56,540 nucleotides of DNA from Candidatus Zixiibacteriota bacterium (GTDB taxonomy: Bacteria > Zixibacteria > MSB-5A5 > GN15 > FEB-12), in assembly GCA_041742355.1 (NCBI GenBank), contig JBGSIV010000215.1, forward strand, positions 1 to 56,540, given 5' to 3'. Position numbers and translations under genes: made by a program. Below, piece by piece: positions 8,485-17,573 of the stretch (within the stretch, counting starts at the first letter, position 1; each line of letters starts with the position of its first letter). The notes beneath the pieces are model-generated. The model ran no database searches. It was not told the origin of the DNA and saw only the letters and a list, made by a program, of their open reading frames with translations.

Positions 8485-10512
8485 TCAGCGGGTACCGGAG
8501 ACCTCTTGCCTGATCTCTTCGGGGAGCGCAAGCAGTTCGGCGGTCTGGAGAAAGTAGTGCAGGCGGGTCCGGTGATGATCGAGGAGGGTGGGGGCGGTGG
8601 CGGTGATATCGCCGTCAGGTTGATAGAGGCGATCGGTGGCCATCAGGACGGTACGCTGGTCGAGAAGCTCCATGAGGTAGGCATCGGGATTGAGGTAGCC
8701 GATGGCCTGAGAGTGGTGGAAGATGGCGAATCCGGAGTCGTCGGCAGGGACTTTCAGGATGTCGCGCCCCCAGCTCTCGTGAATGTAGTCGCCGCCGAGA
8801 AGGCCCATCAGGGTGGGGAGCAGGTCGCATTGGCCGGCGTAGGTGGTGATGATCCGGCCGGAATCGCCGAGGAGCCGGGGGGCATAGATAAGCAGGGGGA
8901 TGTGCGTGTTGGCCGGGTCGAGCGGGTAGCGCGCGATATCCCAGAGGGCGTGGTCGCCGGTGAAGACGAAAATGGTGCTGTCGAAAACGGGGAGGGAGTC
9001 GAACTGCGCCATGAAGCGGCCCAGTGCCCAATCGGCGTAAACCTGCGCATTGTAGACTCTGGATGTGCGGTCGTCGCTGAAAAACCGGCGGACGGATGAA
9101 TCAGGCAGATCGAACGGAGTGTGGTTGGACAGGGTGAGGATGCTCAGTTGGAAGGGGCGGGGGAGGCTGTCGGTGAGACCGACGGCTTCACGAAACAGGA
9201 GGTGGTCGGGGATGCCCCACTTGGAGAACGACTCGGCGCCGGGAAAGTCTTCTTCGCCGAGGATGAGGCGGTAATTTTTGGTCTGGAGGAATCCGGCCAT
9301 GTTGTCGAACACGAGGTCGCCGCCGTAAATGAAGGCGCTGAAGTAGCCTCGGCCGTGGAGCAGTTCGCTCAGAGTGATGAAGGGGTGGTCGGCGCCATAG
9401 CGTTTGAGAATGGCGCGGCCGGGCATGGAGGGAAACGAGCAGATCGTGCCGGCGATGCCGTAGGCAGTGCGGGTGCCGGTCGCATAGAAGTTGCGGAAGA
9501 GGAGGCCGAGGCGGGCGAGCGAGTCGAAGTGCGGGGTGAGGCCGAGGTCGGATCCGACACAGCCGGTGAACCGGCCCGAGAAGCTCTCCATGAGGACCAG
9601 GACGATGTTGGGTTGGAATCCCCACGAAGCGGACGGCTGGCGGGCGAGGCGTTTGAGGGAGCTGTCGGGTTCGAGCCAGGTCTCGTGCGGCAGGCCGATC
9701 ATAGCCCGGGTGGTATCGAGGGCAACGCCGAAGTCGACAAAAGGCCAGCGCTCTTCGGGGGGACGGTAAATCAGGCGGGGGTCGTGGTCGCGTTCGGTGA
9801 GGGTCCGGCCGAGGGTGTAGGTGCCATTGAGGGCGAGCTGATTGACGAAGTGGTCGCGGTTGAAGTAGGCGACCCCCCAATCGATGGGGGCAAGATCGAG
9901 CCGCCCCCGCATGCCCAGGACGCACCCGGCTACGAGCAGGAGAGTGTAGATCCCGGTGTTGAGCCAGCTCCGGCGAAGGGGGATCGCGCGCAGTCGGCGG
10001 CGCAGGAGAATCAGGCAGAGGAGAAAGCCCGTCATAACGGCGGCCCACAGGGCGATATAGGTCCAGAAATTCGGGTCGAAGAGGACGAGGTTCCAGGCCG
10101 TGCGACCTTCGGACAGGTAGTCCAGCACGTTGAAGTTGAGGTGGCTGTCGTACTCGTCGAAAAAGCGGATGTCGGCGAGCAGCAGGAGGAGGATGACGCC
10201 GAACACGAACGTGAGATAGCCGAGCACGAACGGGCCGGGGGAACGCATGCGGCGGTCGAGCCAGGGGAGGATCAAGGCGAGAGGGGCAAGAGTCGCGGCG
10301 ATCACAATGGTATCGAAACGGGCGCCGATGTAGAAGGCGGTGAGGAGATCGGGCAGAGGAATGTCGGCGACGCGAGCGCGGAAGTGCAGGAGGAACAGCA
10401 GGCGGGCGACGGCAAAAAGCCCCAGGCCGGTCAGCCATGCGCCAAACAGGAAAAGGACCGGGCGCGGCGGGAACAGGTGGGCGAAGCCGGAGGTGGGGTG
10501 GTCGTCGTGCAT
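8485..10512 (-). CDS. LTA synthase / MdoB-like phosphoglycerol transferase (sulfatase superfamily)
   Basis: N-terminal TM helices; PNIVLVLMESFS, catalytic Thr in GTRTAYG, TLSNHTPF, FTGDH, DLLPT. Confidence 0.88.
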   Translation of the reverse strand: MHDDHPTSGFAHLFPPRPVLFLFGAWLTGLGLFAVARLLFLLHFRARVADIPLPDLLTAFYIGARFDTIVIAATLAPLALILPWLDRRMRSPGPFVLGYLTFVFGVILLLLLADIRFFDEYDSHLNFNVLDYLSEGRTAWNLVLFDPNFWTYIALWAAVMTGFLLCLILLRRRLRAIPLRRSWLNTGIYTLLLVAGCVLGMRGRLDLAPIDWGVAYFNRDHFVNQLALNGTYTLGRTLTERDHDPRLIYRPPEERWPFVDFGVALDTTRAMIGLPHETWLEPDSSLKRLARQPSASWGFQPNIVLVLMESFSGRFTGCVGSDLGLTPHFDSLARLGLLFRNFYATGTRTAYGIAGTICSFPSMPGRAILKRYGADHPFITLSELLHGRGYFSAFIYGGDLVFDNMAGFLQTKNYRLILGEEDFPGAESFSKWGIPDHLLFREAVGLTDSLPRPFQLSILTLSNHTPFDLPDSSVRRFFSDDRTSRVYNAQVYADWALGRFMAQFDSLPVFDSTIFVFTGDHALWDIARYPLDPANTHIPLLIYAPRLLGDSGRIITTYAGQCDLLPTLMGLLGGDYIHESWGRDILKVPADDSGFAIFHHSQAIGYLNPDAYLMELLDQRTVLMATDRLYQPDGDITATAPTLLDHHRTRLHYFLQTAELLALPEEIRQEVSGTR

Positions 10513-10576
10513 GGGGGCAATAAAGGGGCTGGGGACGGGATGTCAAGCGGGCCGCCCGGGGCCGGGCGGCCGGGAG

Positions 10577-10897
10577 TTAATCGTCTTCGACCACGACGGC
10601 GGTGCCGTAGGCGAGGATTTCGGCGGCGCCGGCCATCATTTCAGCGGTGGCAAAACGCATGGCGACAATGGCATTCGCGCCTCGGGCGCGGGCATCCTCG
10701 ATCATGCGGTCGACCGCCTGTTCGCGGGACTCGGCGATGAGCTTGGTGTAGTTGGTGACCTCGCCGCCGACGAGATTGCGCAGGAAGGCGGCGATGTCGT
10801 GCCCGAGGTGGCGGGCGCGAATGGTGTTGCCGCGCACGAGGCCGACGGTTTTGACGATGCGCTTGTGCGCGATGTTTTCTGACGATGTGACTATCAC
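10577..10897 (-). CDS. YbjQ family (UPF0145) protein
   Basis: GLVRGNTIRA...LVGGEV..YT.L..ESRE.A..RM...GANAIVAMRF...AYGTAV. Confidence 0.9.
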   Translation of the reverse strand: MIVTSSENIAHKRIVKTVGLVRGNTIRARHLGHDIAAFLRNLVGGEVTNYTKLIAESREQAVDRMIEDARARGANAIVAMRFATAEMMAGAAEILAYGTAVVVEDD

Positions 10898-11334
10898 CTA
10901 AGGACCCTCCGATAGCGGTCAAGCTTGAAGGCAAAGTAGCGCTCGCGGCCGAACGACACAAGGAGTATCACGAGACCGGCGGCGGCGGCGGTAAAGCCGA
11001 TTTTGGCCCAGAGGGGGATGTCCGGGTTGAGGTAGAGGCCGCGGAAGGCCTGGAAGAGGCCGAAGCCGATGAGGATGATGGCGCCCAGCGAAAGCAGAAT
11101 CCACCCGGCGCCCCGTTCGAGCTTGCGGTACAGCGACTCCCAGTAGCGCTCCCAAACCTGTTCGGGGAGATCGGCGTATTGGGCCATCCCGGTCACCTCT
11201 TTGAGTTTTTGGAATTCCTCCAGCTCGGCCCGAAGTTCGGGATCTTCGGCGAGGGCTTTGTCGACGGCGGCACGCTCCTCCGGGGTGAGTTCCCCGTCGA
11301 CATACCCGGCCAGCAGCTCTCGGATGTTATGCAT
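10894..11334 (-). CDS. Membrane-anchored anti-sigma factor (degenerate zf-HC2)
   Basis: LLAGYVDGEL...ALAEDPELRAEL N-terminus, two TM helices, overlaps the ECF sigma stop codon. Confidence 0.8.
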   Translation of the reverse strand: MHNIRELLAGYVDGELTPEERAAVDKALAEDPELRAELEEFQKLKEVTGMAQYADLPEQVWERYWESLYRKLERGAGWILLSLGAIILIGFGLFQAFRGLYLNPDIPLWAKIGFTAAAAGLVILLVSFGRERYFAFKLDRYRRVLR

Positions 11335-11875
11335 GGCAGTGCCTCATTTCATTGGCAAGTTTCTTCCGGGCGTAGTACAGCCGTGACATGACGGTGCCAC
11401 GCGGGATCTGCAGCAGTTCCGCGATTTCGTCGTACGACATACCGCGGAAGTGCTGGAGCGCGAGAATCTCCCGGTCCTTGTAGGGGAGCCGCAGGAGGGC
11501 CTGTCGCAGCTCGGCGATGAGGGTCTTGCGAGTGTACTCCTCCTCGGGCGTATCCTCGGAGGCCAGCAGGTACGAGACATCGTCGATGTCGACCGAACGG
11601 TAGTCCCGGATCACCCGCCGGCGGAGCCAGGAACGGGCGAGGTTGGAAACGATCGCGTAGAACCAGGGGAGAAACGGGCGTTCGAGGTCGAACCGATCGA
11701 GGTGGCGATAGGCGCGGATGAAGGCCTCCTGGGAGATATCGTAGGCATCATCCTTGTTGCCGACGAGACCCAGGGCCCAGAGGTACGCCTGCTTCTTGTG
11801 CCGCTCGACCAGTTTGCCGAAGGCGTTCTTGTCTCCGGCGACGAAATCTGCGATCAATGCTGTATCGGTACACAT
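11327..11875 (-). CDS. ECF RNA polymerase sigma factor
   Basis: DAYDISQEAFIRAY (region 2); MSYDEIAELLQIPRGTVMSRLYYARKKL (region 4.2). Confidence 0.93.
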   Translation of the reverse strand: MCTDTALIADFVAGDKNAFGKLVERHKKQAYLWALGLVGNKDDAYDISQEAFIRAYRHLDRFDLERPFLPWFYAIVSNLARSWLRRRVIRDYRSVDIDDVSYLLASEDTPEEEYTRKTLIAELRQALLRLPYKDREILALQHFRGMSYDEIAELLQIPRGTVMSRLYYARKKLANEMRHCHA

Positions 11876-12070
11876 GGTGTTGCTGTCCTTCTGACAGCAG
11901 GTACGTTTGAGCCGGAAGGAATATTCGATTCGGGCGACGGATTATGCAAAATAAAACCGGCCGGCGGATTCCCAAGGCATTTCCGTGAGGGGCAACCGGT
12001 TGCGGGCTGTTCCGTAACGGGAAACGGGGCGCCCGGCACCCCGTGACCATGACACACGCTGTGGCTCTCG

Positions 12071-12586
12071 TTAGTTCTGGTTAGTATCCTCCATGATCTC
12101 AACCAGCTTCAAGTCGAAAATCAGAGTCTTCCCGGCCAGTTCGTGGTTGCCGTCAACCGTGACATTGCCGACCGAGTCGACACCGATGATTTTGATCGGG
12201 ACAGTCTGGCCGTCGGGTGTCTGCATGCTCAGGACCATGCCCACCTGCGGCGAGATGTTTGAGGGGAAGCTGTCAGCGGGGTACGTGTGGGTGAAGTCAT
12301 CCCGGTAGGGACCGTAGGCTTCCTCCGGGGCAAGGGTAATCGATTTGGTCTGACCGACTTCCATGCCAACGAGGGCGTTTTCGAAGCCGGGGATGACCTG
12401 GTGATCGCCGATGACGAGTTCGATGCCGGAGCCGGTGGCGGAGCTGTCAAACACGGTGCCGTCCTGGAGCTTGCCGACGTATTCGACTTTTACGCGGTTG
12501 CCGATCTCGGCCTTTTTCGAGCCGGAACATCCGGCTACAATGGCGAGGCCGACTGACAGCATCACCACAGCGTGGGCTACTTTCAC
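12071..12586 (-). CDS. FKBP-type peptidyl-prolyl isomerase (SlyD/SlpA-like) with lipoprotein signal
   Basis: Lipobox IVAG-C; YVGKLQDGTVFDSS, VIPGFE, PEEAYG, DGNHELAGKTLIFD. Confidence 0.9.
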   Translation of the reverse strand: MKVAHAVVMLSVGLAIVAGCSGSKKAEIGNRVKVEYVGKLQDGTVFDSSATGSGIELVIGDHQVIPGFENALVGMEVGQTKSITLAPEEAYGPYRDDFTHTYPADSFPSNISPQVGMVLSMQTPDGQTVPIKIIGVDSVGNVTVDGNHELAGKTLIFDLKLVEIMEDTNQN

Positions 12587-12705
12587 ACTATCCTCCTGAC
12601 GAACGATTCGAATTCCCGGTCCGGCCCGCTGGGCCGGAAAACAATTGCCGCAACTTAGCCTATAGAGAGCAAACGGGCAAGGGGTTTTCCGGCTCGATCG
12701 AAGGC

Positions 12706-12736
12706 AAAAAAAGGGGCCGGGAGGGTTCCCGGCCCC
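12706..12736 (-). terminator. Intrinsic terminator after mscL
   Basis: Stem GGGGCCGGGA/TCCCGGCCCC followed by T7 on the minus strand. Confidence 0.8.
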
Positions 12737-12748
12737 GGATTTATCGGG

Positions 12749-13213
12749 CTACTTCTCAACGGTTAATTGCGATGTGCACTGAGAGCAGCGGGTGGCTGCT
12801 TTCGGAACGGTGGAGAGGCAATAGGGGCAGTCCCGGGTGGTCGGTTTGGCGGCCGGTACCTCTTTCGTGGACTTGAGCCGGTTGATGTTCTTGACGAGCA
12901 TGAAGACGGCGAAAGCCACGATGAGGAAGCTGATGATGGCGTTGATGAACAGGCCGTAGTTGAGCGTTACGGCGCCGGCGGCTTTGGCGATAGCCGGAGT
13001 GGCGTAGGGCCCGACCGTGGCGCCTTCCTTGAGCGTGACAAACAGACTGGAAAAGTCAACATTACCAAGCAGCAGTCCGATCGGTGGCATGATGACATCG
13101 TCGACCAGCGACTTGACAATGGAGCCGAACGCGGCGCCGATAATGATACCGACGGCCATGTCGACGACATTGCCGCGCATTGCAAATTCTTTGAATTCCT
13201 TCATAACGGCCAT
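12749..13213 (-). CDS. mscL: Large-conductance mechanosensitive channel with C-terminal CxxC-CxxC extension
   Basis: [46 protein letters not shown]. Confidence 0.95.
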   Translation of the reverse strand: MAVMKEFKEFAMRGNVVDMAVGIIIGAAFGSIVKSLVDDVIMPPIGLLLGNVDFSSLFVTLKEGATVGPYATPAIAKAAGAVTLNYGLFINAIISFLIVAFAVFMLVKNINRLKSTKEVPAAKPTTRDCPYCLSTVPKAATRCSQCTSQLTVEK

Positions 13214-13519
13214 AGTTGAAGAACCTCCTTCTGGAAGTGTTGATTCCCGATGCGACAATATGGATGGGCCGGGTCATCCGGCGCAAGCGGAATTTTGCTG
13301 GCCCGTGCTGCGCACAATGATCGCAGCCGACGGGACCGCGAGGCTGGGGCCGGGAACAAACAACCCCCGGCAGATGTAATGCTCAGTAACCAGGTAGCCC
13401 CGGTCGATGGCGCTCCGCAAAGTCCGGACCGCCGTAAGACCGAACGTGATGTCCCGGATCACCGTTAACGAGAACATCAGAAGAACCAATACATTCCTTC
13501 CACAATCAGGAGCGAGCCA

Positions 13520-14095
13520 ATGTCAGTGGTCGACAAAGCGATCGAAACGCAGCTGAAGAACATCCAGACGCGCACGGGGAAGAGCCTTGACGAACTCGCG
13601 GGGATAATCCGCGCCAGCGGTCTGACGAAGCACGGGGAGATCCGCGACATGCTGAAGCGGGAACTCGGTATGGGGCATGGCGACGCCAACACGCTGGTGC
13701 ATATTGTGCTGAAGAGCGACGGGAGTTCGGCGGCAAAGGCGGTCGAAGCATCGGCAGACGACGTGGTGGCGGAGATCTACTCGGGCGCCAAGGCGGCGCT
13801 CCGTCCGATCCATGAGGCGCTCATGGCCGAGATCAACACATTCGGCGAGTTCGAAGTCGCCCCGAAGAAAGGGTACGTCAGCCTTCGGCGGAAGAAGCAG
13901 TTCGCGATGATCGGCCCGGCGACCAACACGCGGGTCGAGGTGGGAATCAATGCCAAGGATCTGAGCGCAACCGAGCGGCTGGCGGCGATGCCGGCCGGAG
14001 GGATGTGTAACTTCAAGGTGAAGCTGACCGACGCGAGCCAGGTGGATGCGGAGGTGATTGCGTGGATCAAACACGCGTATACCTGCGCGGGATAG
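13520..14095 (+). CDS. DUF4287/DUF5655-like protein
   Basis: NIQTRTGKSLDE...LKHGEI...LGMGHGDAN; APKKGYVSLRRKKQFA; AGGAG RBS. Confidence 0.75.
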   Translation: MSVVDKAIETQLKNIQTRTGKSLDELAGIIRASGLTKHGEIRDMLKRELGMGHGDANTLVHIVLKSDGSSAAKAVEASADDVVAEIYSGAKAALRPIHEALMAEINTFGEFEVAPKKGYVSLRRKKQFAMIGPATNTRVEVGINAKDLSATERLAAMPAGGMCNFKVKLTDASQVDAEVIAWIKHAYTCAG

Positions 14096-14121
14096 TCCCC
14101 ACGCACCCGAAGCACGACAGG

Positions 14122-14154
14122 AGCACGATCCGTCAGGATCGTGCTTTCTTTTTT
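14122..14154 (+). terminator. Intrinsic terminator overlapping the recN stop codon
   Basis: AGCACGATCC-GTCA-GGATCGTGCT followed by TTCTTTTTT. Confidence 0.7.
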
Positions 14155-15800
14155 GGGCGGGGGGAGGCGAGCACCGGCTGCTCCGGATCGGGGAGGGCGA
14201 CCATCCGATCGATTTCTGCTTTGATGCCGTCGGTATCAAGACGGCGGACCCGGATGACCGTGCGCTGACCCTTCTGCACGGATTTCTCGGCGACAAAGTG
14301 CTGGTCGGCAAGGCGGGCAATCTGGTGCAGGTGGGTGATGACGAGAACCTGGCAGGAGGCCGAGAGCTTCTTGAGCTTTTTGGCGACCTCGTTGGCGGTC
14401 CGTCCGCCGATACCGACATCGACTTCGTCGAACACCAGCAGAGCGTGGCCGAGACGGCCGTGGCGGTGCTCGGCGGATTTGAGCGCGAGCAGCACGCGGG
14501 AGATTTCGCCGCCGGAGGCGGTCTTCACGAGTGATCTGGCCGGTTCGCCCGGGTTGGCCGAGAAGAGGAAGCGGATCTGTTCGAGGCCGGTCTCCATCGG
14601 CTGGACCGCCCGGTCACCGAGGATGATGCCGGACTCGTCGTCGGTGTACACGAAGTCGCACACGAAGTCGGCGTGTTCGATGGCGAGTTCGCGCAGTTCC
14701 TCGATCACAAGCTTGCGCAGGATACCGGCGGCTTTTCGTCGGGCCTCGGTCAGGCTCAGGGCATGCGCGGCATAAGCCTTGAGTTTCTGATCAGTCTGTT
14801 TCTCAAGCGAGGCGATCAGGGAGTCGATGTCGGGGCGATCTTTGAGCTGCTCGATGATCTTCCCAAGCGTGGTGAGGATCGCTTCTTCCGAGCCACCGTA
14901 CTTCTTCTTCAGGTTGTAGAGCTCGTCAAGGCGGAGGTTGATCTCCTCGAGGCGGTTGGGATCGTCCTCGATCGAGGCGCCGTACTGCTCGATACTCCGG
15001 CGGAGATCCTCGAGCTGGAAGTCGATGTCGGCGAGCGACTGCACGTGTTTGTCGAGGGAGTCGTCGACAGCAGCCATGCGGTCGAGCTCCTTGCGGACGA
15101 CTGCTATCATGTCGAGGATGCTGGATTCCTCGCCGCCGATGGCCTCGGTGATGGTCGTGGCGGAGGTCATGAGGGCGCGGGCGGAGTCGAGGATACGGCG
15201 CTCCCGCTCGATTTCTTCATCCTCGCCGACGCGGATCTGGGCTTTCTCAATCTCGGCCTTCTGGAAGAGGAGCAGTTCGCGTTCGTTGATGAGCTGGTCG
15301 CGGCGGCGGCGGACGCGACGGAGTTCATCGGCAGTGTCGCGCCAGTCCCGGAAGAGGCGGCCGACGGCCTCTCGGTCGGCGTCGAGGCCGGCGAAACGAT
15401 CAAGAAAATAGAGGTGGTTGGTCTCGTCCATGAGCATTTGACCGGCGTGCTGGCCGAGGATCTGCGCGAGAGGTTCGGTCAGTTCACGCAGGTGGGTAAC
15501 GGTGGCGGGGGCGTTGTCGATGGTCAGTTTGGAGGTGCCGGAGGACTCGGAGATCTCACGGTAGATGGACAGCTCGGACTTGGCTTTCTGATTGGCAAAC
15601 ACCGCGCCGATAGCGGCGGTCGAGGACCCGTGACGGATGAACTCCCGTTCGGCGCGACCGCCGAGAGCGAGGTAGAGGGCGGTGACGATGACCGATTTGC
15701 CGGCGCCGGTCTCGCCGGTGAGGGCGATCAGGCCGGGGCCGAATTCGAGTTCCGCGTCATCGATGAGGGCGACGTTCTTTATCGACAGTGAGCGCAGCAT
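14133..15800 (-). CDS. recN: DNA repair protein RecN
   Basis: LTGETGAGKS, ASGGEISR, LVFDEVDVGIGG, ITHLHQIA. Confidence 0.95.
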   Translation of the reverse strand: MLRSLSIKNVALIDDAELEFGPGLIALTGETGAGKSVIVTALYLALGGRAEREFIRHGSSTAAIGAVFANQKAKSELSIYREISESSGTSKLTIDNAPATVTHLRELTEPLAQILGQHAGQMLMDETNHLYFLDRFAGLDADREAVGRLFRDWRDTADELRRVRRRRDQLINERELLLFQKAEIEKAQIRVGEDEEIERERRILDSARALMTSATTITEAIGGEESSILDMIAVVRKELDRMAAVDDSLDKHVQSLADIDFQLEDLRRSIEQYGASIEDDPNRLEEINLRLDELYNLKKKYGGSEEAILTTLGKIIEQLKDRPDIDSLIASLEKQTDQKLKAYAAHALSLTEARRKAAGILRKLVIEELRELAIEHADFVCDFVYTDDESGIILGDRAVQPMETGLEQIRFLFSANPGEPARSLVKTASGGEISRVLLALKSAEHRHGRLGHALLVFDEVDVGIGGRTANEVAKKLKKLSASCQVLVITHLHQIARLADQHFVAEKSVQKGQRTVIRVRRLDTDGIKAEIDRMVALPDPEQPVLASPRPKKKARS

Positions 15801-15827
15801 GGGCATTTGGCCTATCAAGATAGGAGC

Positions 15828-17570
15828 CTATTCGTAGATTCCGAAGCGCTTCATTTCTTCAATGATCCGGTCGGCTTCCTTATGGTCGCCTGCGGCCTCT
15901 GCTTCCTCCAGCAACTTCTTCAGTTCGGTCTCGCGAAGGACTTTGCGCTTCTTGTCGATGAACTGAATCAGGGACTTTCTTGCCTCCTCGTCGATGTTAG
16001 CCGCACCGCGTTCCATGGCGCTGATAGAAGCAACCAATGACGTAAAGGTTTCATCAAGTGCGTTGTCGGCCAGGCCGCGAGGGTCGATTTTGCCGGTCGA
16101 GCGATATTGCTGGGTCATCGCTGCATACAGGCGAGAAAGTTGGGGTGAGCCAAAGTCCTCAGGCGCAACTCGCTCGATAATAGTGTCGATGAAGCCGGGG
16201 TTATACATCATCACGGACAGCAGGTCAATGGCATAGGGGTCATGTTTTCGTGATCGCGTGCCCTGCGGAGTTTCCGTCGCGACGGTAGAAGCATCCTTGG
16301 GCGCGGCCTGAATGAGCAGTTCGGGGTTGAGGCCGAGGACCGTGGCCGCTTCGTCGTAGAACAGGCTGCGGCGGGTGGGATCGGCGATGCGGGCGCCCAA
16401 CGCGCCGAACTCCTTGACGAGCTTCTCCCGGCCGATTATCCCGGCGTGACGAACATCGACATCCTGCACGCGGAAAGGAATATAGCCCATAGCGTCGTGC
16501 CGGAGCTCCTCGATCTTGTCGCGGCCATATTTGCGGGCGACCGAATCGGGGTCCTCACCGGGCGGGGCGACGACGACGCGGACCTCAAGGCCGCCATCGT
16601 AGAGGACATCGACCGATCGCAGCGCGGCGGTCCGGCCCGCCGAGTCGGCATCGAAGAAGAGGAAGACCTCTTCGGCGAAACGGGCGAGGAGCCGGGCCTG
16701 CTGGGCGCTGAACGCTGTGCCGGACGAGGCAACGACATTGCGCACACCGGCCTGCCAGAGGGAGATGACGTCGAAATACCCTTCGACGACATAAACCGCG
16801 TTTTCGGCGCGGATGTGGTCTTTGGCGAAATTGAGGTTGTACAACACGTTGCTCTTGGAGTACAGCGGCGTTTCAGGGGAGTTCATGTACTTGACCTGCT
16901 CCCCCTTCTTGAGCGTGCGTCCGCCGAAAGCGATCGGTTTCTGGCTGAGGTTGAAGATTGGGATCATCAGGCGTTGCCGGAAACGGTCAAAGTGCTTCTT
17001 CGTGCGGTCGGAGTAAAGGGCAAGGCCGCATTCGACCAGATCCTCCGGGGTGAGGCCCTTGGGGCGGGCGTAGCGGATGAGGCCGTCCCACTCCTCGCCG
17101 GCGAGGCCGATCTGGTAGAACCGGATCGTGTCGCGGTCGATCGCGCGGCGTTTGACCAGGTAGTCCTCGAGCGACGTACGGTAGCGCGGGTTGTACAGCA
17201 GTTTCTGGAAGTACTCGAGCGCGACCGTGTTGGCGTAGGCGATTTTCTCGCTCAACTCCTTGTGCCGGTCGGGTTCGCGATCCTCGCGAATCTGGATATT
17301 GGCTTTCTGCGCGAGGTACTGCACAGCTTCGATGAACGACATTCCTTCGTGCTCCTGAAGAAACGAGAAGGCCGTGCCGCCGCGCTGGCAGCCGAAGCAG
17401 TAGTACATCTGTTTGTCGGGGGAGACGGAAAACGAGGGGGTCTTCTCGCCGTGGAACGGACAGACCGCGACATAGCGCCGCCCCCGGCGCTTGAGGCGGA
17501 CATACTGCCCGATCAGCTCGACGATATCGGTGGCCTGACGGACCTGTTCGATGGTGTCAGGTGGAATCAT
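15828..17570 (-). CDS. dnaG: DNA primase
   Basis: CPFHGEKTPSF zinc finger, KYMNSPET, TOPRIM motifs VVEGYFD and FDAD. Confidence 0.97.
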   Translation of the reverse strand: MIPPDTIEQVRQATDIVELIGQYVRLKRRGRRYVAVCPFHGEKTPSFSVSPDKQMYYCFGCQRGGTAFSFLQEHEGMSFIEAVQYLAQKANIQIREDREPDRHKELSEKIAYANTVALEYFQKLLYNPRYRTSLEDYLVKRRAIDRDTIRFYQIGLAGEEWDGLIRYARPKGLTPEDLVECGLALYSDRTKKHFDRFRQRLMIPIFNLSQKPIAFGGRTLKKGEQVKYMNSPETPLYSKSNVLYNLNFAKDHIRAENAVYVVEGYFDVISLWQAGVRNVVASSGTAFSAQQARLLARFAEEVFLFFDADSAGRTAALRSVDVLYDGGLEVRVVVAPPGEDPDSVARKYGRDKIEELRHDAMGYIPFRVQDVDVRHAGIIGREKLVKEFGALGARIADPTRRSLFYDEAATVLGLNPELLIQAAPKDASTVATETPQGTRSRKHDPYAIDLLSVMMYNPGFIDTIIERVAPEDFGSPQLSRLYAAMTQQYRSTGKIDPRGLADNALDETFTSLVASISAMERGAANIDEEARKSLIQFIDKKRKVLRETELKKLLEEAEAAGDHKEADRIIEEMKRFGIYE

Positions 17571-17573
17571 CCC

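Noticed and set aside
9121..10740. Long antisense ORFs (also 16446-17993, 18546-19973, 27126-28586 and others)
   Set aside because: These are shadow or alternative-frame ORFs expected in high-GC DNA, overlapping well-supported genes and lacking recognisable motifs.
13260..13519. Structured RNA or riboswitch between mscL and the DUF4287-like gene
   Set aside because: No recognisable consensus or convincing stems; probably divergent promoter DNA.
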